Shown here: one piece after another, positions 12,690 through 25,299 of the stretch
Numbering within the stretch: position 1 is the stretch's first letter
Layout: every line of letters begins with the position of its first letter
Translations under genes and position numbers: made by a program
The notes under the pieces: generated by a model
Seen by the model: only the letters and a program-made list of their open reading frames with translations
Told to the model about the DNA's origin: nothing
Databases searched by the model: none
From: Mobula hypostoma
Taxonomy: Eukaryota
Direction of reading: 5' to 3'
DNA length: 64,000 nucleotides
Assembly (NCBI RefSeq): GCF_963921235.1
Contig: NC_086109.1
Coordinates: forward strand, 5,396,001 to 5,460,000

Positions 12690-15600
12690 ATCTCCCTGAT
12701 ACAGGGGGTGACGGGGGGGGGGGGAGAATCTCACTGTAACAGGGGTGTCAGAGAAGGGAAGAGTCTCACTATAACTGGGGTGTCGGGGGGAGAGTCTCAC
12801 TGTAACTGGGGTGTCAGAGAGGGGACAGTCTCACTGTAACTGGGGTGTCGGGGGGAGAGTCTCACTGTAACTGGGGTGTCGGGGGGAGAGTCTCACTGTA
12901 ACTGGGGTGTCAGAGAGGGGGGAGAGTCTCACTGTAACTGGGGTGTCGGTTAGGAGAGTCTCACTGTAACTGGGGTGTCAGAGAGGGGGACAGTCTCACT
13001 GTAACTGGGGTGTCGGGGGAGAGTCTCACTGTAACTGGGGTGTCAGAGAGGGGGGAGAGTCTCACTGTAACTGGGGTGTCAGAGAGGTGGAGCGTCTCAC
13101 TGTAACTGGGGTGTCAGAGAGGGAGGAGAGACTCACTGCAACTGGGGTGACGGGGGGGGAGAGTCTCACTGTAACTGGGGTGTCGAGGGGAGAGTCTCAC
13201 AGTAACTGGGGTGTCGAGGGGAGAGTCTCACTGTAACTGGGGTGTCGAGGGGAGAGTCTCACTGTAACTGGGGTGTCGAGGGGAGAGTCTCACTGTAACT
13301 GGGGTGTCAGGGGGGGAGTCTCACTGTAACTGGGGTGTCAGGGGGGAGTCTCACTGTAACTGGGGTGTCAGAGAGGGGGAGAGTCTCACTGTAACTGGGG
13401 TGTCGGGGGGAGAGTCTCACTGTAACTGGGGTGTCAGAGAGGGAGGAGAGTCTCACTGTAACTGGGGTGACGGGGGGAGAGTCTCACAGTAACTGGGGTG
13501 TCAGAGAGGGAGGAGAGTCTCACTGTAACTGGGGTGACGGGGGGAGAGTCTCACAGTAACTGGGGTGTCGAGGGGAGAGTCTCACTGTAACTGGGGTGTC
13601 GAGGGGAGAGTCTCACTGTAACTGGGGTGTCAGGGGGGGAGTCTCACTGTAACTGGGGTGTCAGGGGGGGAGTCTCACTGTAACTGGGGTGTCAGAGAGG
13701 GGGAGAGTCTCACTGTAACTGGGGTGTCAGAGAGGGGGAGATTCTCACTGTAACTGGGGTGTCAGAGAGGGGGAGAGTCTCACTGTAACTGGGGTGTCAG
13801 AGAGGGGGAGAGTCTCACTGTAACTGGGGTGTCAAAGGGGGGAAGAGTCTCGATGTGATAACAGCACATTTGGAAAGCAGTGAAATGATCGGACAAAGTC
13901 AGCATGGATTTGTGAAAGGAAAATCATGTCTGACGAATCTCATAGAATTTTTTGAGGATGTAACTAGTAGAGTGGATAGGGGAGAACCAGTGGATGTGGT
14001 ATATTTGGATTTTCAAAAGGCTTTTGACAAGGTCCCACACAGGAGATTAGTGTGCAAACTTAAAGCACACGGTATTGGGGGTAAGGTATTGGTGTGGGTG
14101 GAGAATTGGTTAGCAGACAGGAAGCAAAGAGTGGGAATAAACGGGACCTTTTCAGAATGGCAGGCGGTGACTAGTGGGGTACCGCAAGGCTCAGTGCTGG
14201 GACCCCAGTTGTTTACAATATATATTAATGACTTGGATGAGGGAATTAAATGCAGCATCTCCAAGTTTGCGGATGACACGAAGCTGGGTGGCAGTGTTAG
14301 CAGTGAGGAGGATGCTGAGAGGATGCAGGGTGACTTGGATAGGTTGGGTGAGTGGGCAAATTCATGGCAGATGCAATTTAATGTGGATAAATGTGAGGTT
14401 ATCCACTTTGGTGGCAAGAACAGGAAAACAGATTATTATTTGAATGGTGGCCGATTAGGAAAAGGGGAGGTGCAACGAGACCTGGGTGTCATTATACACC
14501 AGTCATTGAAAGTGGGCATGCAGGTACAGCAGGCGGTGAAAAAGGCGAATGGTATGCTGGCATTTATAGCGAGAGGATTCGAATACAGGAGCAGGGAGGT
14601 ACTACTGCAGTTGTACAAGGCCTTGGTGAGACCACACCTGGAGTATTGTGTGCAGTTTTGGTTCCCTAATCTGAGGAAAGACATCCTTGCCATAGAGGGA
14701 ATACAAAGAAGGTTCACCAGATTGATTCCTGGGATGGCAGGACTTTCATATGATGAAAGACTGGATCGACTAGGCTTGTACTCTCTGGAATTTAGAAGAT
14801 TGAGGGGGAATCTTATTGAAACGTATAAAATCCTAAAGGGATTGGACAGGCTAGATGCAGGAAGATTGTTCCCGATGTTGGGGAAGTCCAGAACGAGGGG
14901 CCACAGTTTGAGGATAGCGGGGAAGCCTTTTAGGACCGAGATTAGGAAAAACTTCTTCACACAGAGAGTGGTGAATCTGTGGAATTCTCTGCCACAGGAA
15001 ACTGTTGAGGCCAGTTCATTGGCTATATTTAAGAGGGAGTTAGTAATGGCCCTTGTGGCTACGGGGGTCAGGGGGTATGGAGAGAAGGCTGGGGTGGGGT
15101 TCTGAGTTGGATGATCAGCCATGATCATAATAAATGGCGGTGCAGGCTCAAAGGGCCGAATGGCCTACTCCTGCACCTATTTTCTATGTTTCCATGTTTC
15201 TATGTGTCGGGTGGGGGAGTCTCACTGTAACTGAGGTGTCAGAGAGGGAGGAGAGTCTCACTGTAACTGGGGTGTTGGGGGGAGAGTCTCACTGTAACTG
15301 GGGTGTCGGGGGGAGAGTCTCACTGTAACTGGGGTGTCAGAGAGGGGGAGAGTCTCACTGTAACTGGGGTGTCGGGGGGAGAGTCTCACTGTAACTGGGG
15401 TGTCAGAGAGGGGGAGAGTCTCACTGTAACTGGGGTGTTGGGGGGAGAGTCTCACGGTAACTGGGGTCTCAGGGGGGAGAGTCTCACTGTAACTGGAGTG
15501 TCAGAGAGAGGGGGAGAGTCTCACTGTAACTGGGGTGATGCGGGGAGAGTCTCACTGTAACTGGGGTGTTGGGGGGAGAGTCTCACGGTAACTGGGGTCT

Positions 15601-18600
15601 CAGGGGGGGAGAGTCTCACTGTAACTGGAGTGTCAGAGAGAGGGGGAGAGTCTCACTGTAACTGGGGTGATGGGGGGAGAGTCTCACTGTAACTGGGGTG
15701 TCAGAGAGGGGGAGAGTCTCACAGTAACTGGGGTGTCAGGGAGAGAGTCTCACTGTAACTGGGGTGTCAGAGAGAGGGGAGAGTCTCACTATAACTGGGG
15801 TGTCGGGGGGAGAGTCTCACTGTAACTGGGGTGTCAGAGAGGGGGAGAGTCTCACTGTCACTGGGGTGTCGGGGGAGAGTCTCACTGTAACTGGGGTGTT
15901 AGAGAGAGGGGGAGAGTCTCACTGTAACTGGGGTGTCAGAGAGGGGGGAGAGCCTCACTGTAACTGGGGTGTCACAGAGGGGGGAGAGCCTCACTGTAAC
16001 TGGGGTGTCAGAGAGGGGGGAGAGCCTCACTGTAACTGGGGTGTCAGAGAGGGGGCAGAGTCTCACTGTAACTGGGGTGTCAGAGAGGGGGGAGAGTCTC
16101 ACTGTAACTGGGGTGTCGGGGGGAGAGACTCACTGTAACTAGAGTGTCAGAGAGAGGGGGAGAGACTCACTGTAACTGGGGTGTCAGAGAGGGGGGAGAG
16201 TCTCACTGTAACTGCGGTGTCAGAGGCGGGAGAGTCTCACTGTAACTGGGGTGTCGGGGGGGGAGAGTCTCACTGTAACTGGGGTGTCAGAGAGGGAGGA
16301 GAGTCTCACTGTAACTGGGGTGTCAGAGAGGGGGAGAGTCTCACTGTAACTGGGGCGTCAGTGATGGGGAGAGTCTCGCTGTAACTAGGGTGTCAGAGAG
16401 AGGGGGAGAGTCTCACTGTAACTGGGCTGTTGGGGGAGAGTCTCACTGTAACTGAGGTGTCAGAGAGGGGGAGAGCCTCACTGTAACTGGGGTGTTGGGG
16501 AGAGAGTCTAACTGTAACTGGGGTGTCAGAGAGGGGGAGAGTCTTACTGTAACTGGGGTGTAGGGGGGAGAGTCTCACTGTAACTGGGGTGTCAGAGAGG
16601 GGGAGAGTCTCACTGTAACTGGGGTGTCAGAGAGGGGTGAGAGTCTCACTGTAACGGGGTGTCAGAGAGAGGGGGAGAGTCTCACTGTAACTGGGGTGTC
16701 GGGGGGAGAGTCTCACTGTAACTGGGGTGTCAGAGAGGGGGAGAGTCTCACTGTAACTGGGGTGTCAGAGAGGGGGAGAGTCTCACTGTAACTGGGGTAT
16801 TGGGGGGAGAGTCTCACTGTAACTGGGGTCTCAGGGGGGGAGAGTCTCACTGTAACTGGAGTGTCAGAGAGAGGGGGAGAGTCTAACTGTAACTGGGGTG
16901 TCAGAGAGGGGGAGAGTCTCACTGTAACTAGGGTGTCAGGGGGGGAGAGTCACACTGTAACTGGGGTGTCAGGGAGAGAGTCTCACTGTAACTGGGGTGT
17001 CGGGGGAGAGTCTCACTGTAACTGGGGTGTTAGAGAGAGGGGGAGAGACTCACTGTAACTGGGGTGTCAGAGAGGGGGGAGAGTCTCACTGTAACTGGGG
17101 TGTCAGAGAGGGGGAGTGTCTCACTGCAACTGGGATGTCAGAGAGGGGGGAGAGTCTCACTGTAACTGGGGTGTCAGAGAGGGGGGAGAGCCTCACTGTA
17201 ACTGGGGTGTAAGAGAGGGGGAGAGATTCACTGTAACTGGGGTGTCAGAGAGGCGGGAGAGTCTCACTGAAACTGGGGTGTCAGAGAGAGCGGGAGAGTC
17301 TCACTATAATTGGGGTGTCGGCGGGAGAGTCTCACTGTAACTGGGGTGACGGGGGGGGGAGTCTCTCTGTAACCGGGGTATCAGAGAGGGGGGAGAGTCT
17401 CACTGTAACTGGGGTGTCAGAGAGAGGAAGAGTCTCACTGTAACTGGGGTGTCAGAGAGAGGGGGAGAGTCTAACTGTAACTGGGGTGTCAGAGAGTGGG
17501 AGAGTCTCACTGTAACTGGGGTGTCAGAGAGGGAGGAGAGTCTCAATGTCACTGGGGTGTCAGAGAGGGGGAGAGACTCACTGTAACTGGGGTGTCAGAG
17601 GGAGAGTCTCACAGTAACTGGGGTGTCGAGAGGAGAGTCTCACTGTAACTGGGGTGTCAGAGAGAGGGGTAGAGTCTCACTGTAACTGGGGTGTCAGAGA
17701 GAGGGGGAGAGTCTCACTGTAACTGGGGTTTCAGAGAGAGGGGGAGAGTCTCACTGTAACTGGGGTGTCAGAGAGAGGGGGAGAGTCTCACTGTAACTGG
17801 GGTTTCAGAGAGAGGGGGAGAGTCTCACTGTAACTGGGGTGTCAGAGAGAGGGGTAGAGTCTCACTGTAACTGGGGTGTCAGAGAGAGGGGGAGAGTCTC
17901 ACTGTAACTGGGGTTTCAGAGAGAGAGGGAGAGTCTCACTGTAACTGGGGTGATGGGGGGAGAGTCTCACTGTAACTGGGGTTTCAGAGAGAGGGGGAGA
18001 GTCTCACTGTAACTGGGGTGTCAGAGAGGGGGAGAGTCTCACTGTAACTGGGGTGTCAGAGAGGGGGAGAGTCTCACTGTAACTGGGGTGTTGGGGGAGA
18101 GTCTCACTGTAACTGGGGTGTCAGAGAGAGGGAGAGTCTCACTGTAACTGGGGTGTCGAGAGGAGAGTCTCACTGTAACTGGGGTTTCAGAGAGAGGGGG
18201 AGAGTCTCACTGTAACTGCGGTGTCAGAGAGGGGGAGAGTCTCACTGTAACTGGGGTGATGGGGGGAGAGTCTCACTGTAACTGGGGTTTCAGAGAGAGG
18301 GGGAGAGTCTCACTGTAACTGGGGTGTCAGAGAGGGGGAGAGTCTCACTGTAACTGGGGTGTCAGAGAGGGGGAGAGTCTCACTGTAACTGGGGTGTTGG
18401 GGGAGAGTCTCACTGTAACTGGGGTGTCAGAGAGAGGGAGAGTCTCACCGTAACTAGAGTCTCACCGTAACTGGGGTGTCGAGAGGAGAGTCTCACTGTA
18501 ACTGGGGTTTCAGAGAGAGGGGGAGAGTCTCACTGTAACTGCGGTGTCAGAGAGGGGGAGAGTCTCACTGTAACTGGGGTGATGGGGGGAGAGTCTCACT

Positions 18601-21600
18601 GTAACTGGGGTTTCAGAGAGAGGGGGAGAGTCTCACTGTAACTGGGGTGTCAGAGAGGGGGAGAGTCTCACTGTAACTGGGGTGTTGGGGGAGAGTCTCA
18701 CTGTAACTGGGGTGTCAGAGAGAGGGAGAGTCTCACTGTAACTGGGGTGTCGGGGGGGAGAGTCTAATCTGTAACTGGGGTGTCGGGGAGAGAGACTCAC
18801 TGTAATTGGGGTGACAGAGAGGGGGCAGAGTCTCACTGTAACTGGGGTGTCAGAGAGAGGGGGAAAGTCTCACTATAACTGGGGTGTCGGGGGAGAGTCT
18901 CACTGTAACTGGGGTGACAGAGAGGGGGCAGAGTCTCACTGTAACTGGGGTGACAGAGAGGGGGCAGAGTCTCACTGTAACTGGGGTGTCAGAGAGGGGG
19001 AGAGTCTCACTGTAACTGGGGTGTTGGGGGAGAGTCTCACTGTAACTGGGGTGTCAGAGAGAGGGAGAGTCTCACTGTAACTGGGGTGTCAGGGGGGGAG
19101 AGTCACACTGTAACTGGGGTGTCAGGGAGAGAGTCTCACTGTAACTGGGGTGTCGGGGGAGAGTCTCACTGTAACTGGGGTGTTAGAGAGAGGGGGAGAG
19201 ACTCACTGTAACTGGGGTGTCAGCGTGGGGGGAGAGTCTCACTGTAACTGGGGTGTCAGAGAGGGGGAGTGTCTCACTGCAACTGGGATGTCAGAGAGGG
19301 GGGAGAGTCTCACTGTAACTGGGGTGTCAGAGAGGGGGGAGAGCCTCACTGTAACTGGGGTGTAAGAGAGGGGGAGAGATTCACTGTAACTGGGGTGTCA
19401 GAGAGGCGGGAGAGTCTCACTGAAACTGGGGTGTCAGAGAGAGCGGGAGAGTCTCACTATAATTGGGGTGTCGGCGGGAGAGTCTCACTGTAACTGGGGT
19501 GACGGGGGGGGGAGTCTCTCTGTAACCGGGGTATCAGAGAGGGGGGAGAGTCTCACTGTAACTGGGGTGTCAGAGAGAGGAAGAGTCTCACTGTAACTGG
19601 GGTGTCAGAGAGAGGGGGAGAGTCTAACTGTAACTGGGGTGTCAGAGAGTGGGAGAGTCTCACTGTAACTGGGGTGTCAGAGAGGGAGGAGAGTCTCAAT
19701 GTCACTGGGGTGTCAGAGAGGGGGAGAGACTCACTGTAACTGGGGTGTCAGAGGGAGAGTCTCACAGTAACTGGGGTGTCGAGAGGAGAGTCTCACTGTA
19801 ACTGGGGTGTCAGAGAGAGGGGTAGAGTCTCACTGTAACTGGGGTGTCAGAGAGAGGGGGAGAGTCTCACTGTAACTGGGGTTTCAGAGAGAGGGGGAGA
19901 GTCTCACTGTAACTGGGGTGTCAGAGAGAGGGGGAGAGTCTCACTGTAACTGGGGTTTCAGAGAGAGGGGGAGAGTCTCACTGTAACTGGGGTGTCAGAG
20001 AGAGGGGTAGAGTCTCACTGTAACTGGGGTGTCAGAGAGAGGGGGAGAGTCTCACTGTAACTGGGGTTTCAGAGAGAGAGGGAGAGTCTCACTGTAACTG
20101 GGGTGATGGGGGGAGAGTCTCACTGTAACTGGGGTTTCAGAGAGAGGGGGAGAGTCTCACTGTAACTGGGGTGTGAGTCTCACTGTAACTGGGGTGTCAG
20201 AGAGAGGGAGAGTCTCACTGTAACTGGGGTGTCAGGGGGGAGAGTCTCACTGTAACAGAGAGGGGGAGAGTCTCACTGTAACTGGGGTGTCAGAGAGGGG
20301 GAGAGTCTCACTGTAACTGGGGTGTTGGGGGAGAGTCTCACTGTAACTGGGGTGTCAGAGAGAGGGAGAGTCTCACTGTAACTGGGGTGTCGAGAGGAGA
20401 GTCTCACTGTAACTGGGGTTTCAGAGAGAGGGGGAGAGTCTCACTGTAACTGCGGTGTCAGAGAGGGGGAGAGTCTCACTGTAACTGGGGTGATGGGGGG
20501 AGAGTCTCACTGTAACTGGGGTTTCAGAGAGAGGGGGAGAGTCTCACTGTAACTGGGGTGTCAGAGAGGGGGAGAGTCTCACTGTAACTGGGGTGTCAGA
20601 GAGGGGGAGAGTCTCACTGTAACTGGGGTGTTGGGGGAGAGTCTCACTGTAACTGGGGTGTCAGAGAGAGGGAGAGTCTCACTGTAACTGGGGTGTCGAG
20701 AGGAGAGTCTCACTGTAACTGGGGTTTCAGAGAGAGGGGGAGAGTCTCACTGTAACTGCGGTGTCAGAGAGGGGGAGAGTCTCACTGTAACTGGGGTGAT
20801 GGGGGGAGAGTCTCACTGTAACTGGGGTTTCAGAGAGAGGGGGAGAGTCTCACTGTAACTGGGGTGTCAGAGAGGGGGAGAGTCTCACTGTAACTGGGGT
20901 GTTGGGGGAGAGTCTCACTGTAACTGGGGTGTCAGAGAGAGGGAGAGTCTCACTGTAACTGGGGTGTCGGGGGGGAGAGTCTAATCTGTAACTGGGGTGT
21001 CGGGGAGAGAGACTCACTGTAATTGGGGTGACAGAGAGGGGGCAGAGTCTCACTGTAACTGGGGTGTCAGAGAGAGGGGGAAAGTCTCACTATAACTGGG
21101 GTGTCGGGGGAGAGTCTCACTGTAACTGGGGTGACAGAGAGGGGGCAGAGTCTCACTGTAACTGGGGTGTCAGAGAGGGGGGAGAGTCTCACTGTAACTG
21201 GGGTGTCAGAGAGGGTGAGAGCCTCACTGTAACTGGGGTGACAGAGAGGGGGCAAAGTCTCACTGTAACTGGGGTGTCAGAGAGGGGGAGAGTCTCACTG
21301 TAACTCGGGTGTCAGAGAGGGTGAGAGTCTCACTGTAACTGGGGTGTCAGAGAGGGGAGAGAGTCTCACTGTAACTGGGGTGTCAGAGAGGGTGGAGAGT
21401 CTCACTGTAACCGGGGTGTTGGGGGAGAGTCTTACTGTAACTGGGGTGTCAGAGAGAGGGGGAGAGTCTCACTGTAACTGGGGTTTCAGAGAGAGGGGGA
21501 GAGTCTCACTGTAACTGGGGTGTCAGAGAGGGGGAGAGTCTAACTGTAACTGGGGTGTCAGAGAGGGGGAGAGTCTCACTGTAACTGGGGTGTCAGGGAG

Positions 21601-24600
21601 AGAGTCTCACTGTACCTGGGGTGTCAAAGAGGGGGGAGAATCTCACTGTAACTGGGGTGTCAGGGAGAGAGTCTCACTGTAACTGGGGTGTTAAAGAGGG
21701 GGAGAGTCTCACTGTAACTGGGGTGTCAGAGAGGGGGAGAGTCTCACTGTAACTGGGGTGTCAGAGAGAGGGAGAGTCTCACTGTAACTGGGGTGTCGGG
21801 GGGAGAGTCTAATCTGTAACTGGGGTGTTGGGGGAGAGTCTCACTGTAACTGGGGTGACAGAGAGAGGGAGAGTCTCACTGTAACTGGGGTGTCGGGGGG
21901 AGAGTCTAATCTGTAACTGGGGTGTCGGGGAGAGAGACTCACTGTAACTGGGGTGTCAGAGATGGGGAGAGTCTCACTGTAACTGGGGTGTCAGAGAGAG
22001 GGGGAAAGTCTCACTATAACTGGGGTGTCGGGTGAGAATCTCACTGTAACTGGGGTGTCAGAGGGGGGAGAGTCTCACTGTAACTGGAGTGTCAGAGAGA
22101 GGGGGAGAGTCAAACTGTAACTGGGGTGTCAGGGGGGGAGAATCTCACTGTAACTGGGGTGTCAGAGAGGGGGAGTGTCTCACTGTAACTGGGATGTCAG
22201 AGAGGGGGAGAGTCTCACTGTAACTAGGGTGTCAGGGGGGGAGAGTCACACTGTAACTGGGGTGTCAGGGAGAGAGTCTCACTGTAACTGGGGTGTCGGG
22301 GGAGAGTCTCACTGTAACTGGGGTGTTAGAGAGAGGGGGAGAGACTCACTGTAACTGGGGTGTCAGAGAGGGGGGAGAGTCTCACTGTAACTGGGGTGTC
22401 AGAGAGGGGGAGTGTCTCACTGCAACTGGGATGTCAGAGAGGGGGGAGAGTCTCACTGTAACTGGGGTGTCAGAGAGGGGGGAGAGCCTCACTGTAACTG
22501 GGGTGTAAGAGAGGGGGAGAGATTCACTGTAACTGGGGTGTCAGAGAGGCGGGAGAGTCTCACTGAAACTGGGGTGTCAGAGAGAGGGAGAGTCTCACTG
22601 TAACTGGGGTGTCGGGGGGAGAGTCTAATCTGTAACTGGGGTGTTGGGGGAGAGTCTCACTGTAACTGGGGTGACAGAGAGAGGGAGAGTCTCACTGTAA
22701 CTGGGGTGTCGGGGGGAGAGTCTAATCTGTAACTGGGGTGTCGGGGAGATAGACTCACTGTAACTGGGGTGTCAGAGATGGGGAGAGTCTCACTGTAACT
22801 GGGGTGTCAGAGAGAGGGGGAAAGTCTCACTATAACTGGGGTGTCGGGTGAGAATCTCACTGTAACTGGGGTGTCAGAGGGGGGAGAGTCTCACTGTAAC
22901 TGGAGTGTCAGAGAGAGGGGGAGAGTCTAACTGTAACTGGGGTGTCAGAGGGGGGAGAATCTCACTGTAACTGGGGTGTCAGAGAGGGGGAGTGTCTCAC
23001 TGTAACTGGGATGTCAGAGAGGGGGAGAGTTTTACTGTAACTGGGGTGACGGGGGGGGGGGAGTCTCTCTGTAACCGGGGTGTCAGAGAGGGGGGAGAGT
23101 CTCACTGTAACTGGGGTGTCGGGGAGAGAGTCTCACTGTAACTGGGGTGTCAGAGGGGGGAGAGTCTCACTGTAACTGGGGTGTCAGAGGGGGGAGAGTC
23201 TCACTGTAACTGGGGTGTCGGGGAGAGAGACTCACTGTAACTGGGGTGTCAGAGATGGGGAGAGTCTCACTGTAACTGGGGTGTTGGGGGAGAGTCTCAC
23301 TGTAACTGGGGTGTCAAAGAGGGGGAGAGATTCACTGTAACTGGGGTGTCAAAGAGGGGGAGAGATTCACTGTAACTGGGGTGTCAGAGAGAGGGGGAGA
23401 GTCTCACTATAATTGGGGTGTCGGGGGGAGAGTCTCAATGTAACTGGGGTGACGGGGGGGGGAGTATCTCTGTAACCGGGGTATCAGAGAGGGGGGAGAG
23501 TCTCACTGTAACTGGGGTGTCAGGGGGAGAGTCTCACTGTAACTGGGGTGTCAGGGGGAGAGTCTCACTGTAACTGGGGTGTCAGAGGGGGGAGAGTCTC
23601 ACTGTAACTGGAGTGTCAGATAGAGGGGGAGAGTCTCACTGTAACTGGGGTCACAGAGAGGGGGAGAGTCTCACTGTAACTGGGGTGTCAGAGAGCGGGA
23701 GAGTCTCAGTGTAACGGGTGTCAGAGAGGGGGAGAGTTTTACTGTAACTGGGGTGACGGGGGGGGTAAGTCTCTCTGTAACCGGGGTGTCAGAGAGGGGG
23801 GAGAGTCTCACTGTAACTGGGGTGTCGGGGGGGTCGTCTCACTGTAACTGGGGTGTCAAAGAGGGGGAGAGTCTCACTGTAACTGGGGTGTCAGAGCGGG
23901 GAGAGTCTCACTGTAACTGGGGTGTCAGAGAGAGGGGGAGAGTCTCACTATAATTGGGGTGTCGGCGGGAGAGTCTCAATGTAACTGGGGTGACGGGGGG
24001 CGAGTATCTCTGTAACCGGGGTATCAGAGAGGGGGAGAGTCTCACTGTAACTGGGGTGTCGGGGGGAGAGTCTCACTGTAACTGGGGTGTCAGAGGGGGG
24101 AGAGTCTCACTGTAACTGGAGTGTCAGAGAGAGGGGGAGAGTCTCACTGTAACTGGGGTCACAGAGAGGGGGAGAGTCTCACTGTAACTGGGGTGTCAGA
24201 GAGCGGGAGAGTCTCAGTGTAATGGGTGTCAGAGAGGGGGAGTGTCTCACTGTAACTGGGGTGTCAGAGAGGGGGAGAGTTTTACTGTAACTGGGGTGAC
24301 AGGGGGGGAAGTCTCTCTGTAACCGGGGTGTCAGAGAGGGGGGAGAGTCTCACTGTAACTGGGGTGTCGGGGGGGGTCGTCTCACTGTAACTGGGGTGTC
24401 AGAGAGGGGGAGAGTCTCACTGTAACTGGGGTGTCAGAGGGGGGAGAGTCTCACTGTAACTGGGGTGTCAGAGAGAGGGAGAGTTTCACTGTAAATGGGG
24501 TGTCGGGGGGAGAGTCTCACTGTAACTGGGGTGTCAGCGAGGGGGAGAGACTCACTGTGACTGGGGTGTCAGAGATGGGGAGAGTCTCACTGTAACTGGG

Positions 24601-25285
24601 GTGTCAGAGATGGGGAGAGTTTCACTGTAACTGGGGTGTCAGAGAGGCGGGAGAGTCTCACTGAAACTGGGGTGTCAGAGAGAGGGGGAGAGTCTCACTA
24701 TAATTGGGGTGTCGGGGGGAGAGTCTCAATGTAACTGGGGTGAAGGGGGGGAGTATCTCTGTAACCGGGGTATCAGAGAGGGGGGAGAGTCTCACTGTAA
24801 CTGGGGTGTCAGAGAGGGGAAGAGTCTCAGTGTAACTGAGGTCTCAGAGAGGGGGAGAGTCTCACTGTAACTGGGGTGTCAGAGAGGGGGAGAGTCTCAC
24901 TGTAACCGGGGTGTGGGGGGTGGAGAGACTCACTGCAACTGGGGTGTCAGAGAGGGGGAGAGTCTCACTGTAACTGGGGTGACGTGGGGGGGGGGAGTCT
25001 CACTGTAACCGGGGTGTCAGAGAGGGGGAGAGTCTCACTGTAACTGGGGTGTCAGAGAGGGGGGGAGTCTCACTGTAACTGGGGTTTCAGAGAGAGGGAG
25101 AGTCTCACTGTAACTGGGGTGTCAGAGACGGGGGAGAGTCTCACTGTAACTGGGGTGTTGGAGAGGGGGGGAGAGTTTCACTGTAACCGGAGTGTCAGAG
25201 AGAGGGGGAGATTCTCACCGTGACAGGGGTGTCGGGGGCGGGGCAGAGTCTCACTTTAACTGGGGTGTCAGAGAGAGGGGGAGAG
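12690..25285. repeat. Large G-rich minisatellite (unit about 31-37 bp, core GAGAGTCTCACTGTAACTGGGGTGTC), roughly 300+ copies
   Basis: Directly visible tandem array with a constant 26-nt core separated by (AG)n/G-run linkers. Edges are degenerate, and the array is interrupted at 13852-15204. Confidence 0.98.
13852..15204 (+). mobile_element. 5'-truncated CR1-clade LINE, young copy inserted in the minisatellite
   Basis: Uninterrupted 416-aa ORF 13855-15105 (QHGFVKGKSCLTNL, YLDFQKAFDKVPH, GVPQGSVLGP, KFADDTKL, RPHLEYCVQFW). It is followed by a CR1 3' UTR and a (TTTCTATG)-type tail. Confidence 0.95.
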
Positions 25286-25299
25286 GTGAATATACCTGG

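Noticed and set aside
14436..15128. 230-aa antisense ORF
   Set aside because: It is the antisense shadow of the CR1 RT ORF.
13304..23953. Many ORFs of ESHCNWGV / SLTVTGVS type
   Set aside because: These are translations of the tandem repeat with constant frame switching.
12690..25285. CRISPR-like array (constant repeat plus variable spacer)
   Set aside because: The linkers are only about 5-11 nt of low-complexity A/G and recur. There are no cas genes and the context is a vertebrate genome. It is a minisatellite.
12690..25285. V(D)J recombination signal (CACTGTA resembling CACTGTG) or Ig switch-like region (GGGGT)
   Set aside because: There is no nonamer at 12/23 spacing, no AGCT hotspots and no antigen-receptor segments nearby.
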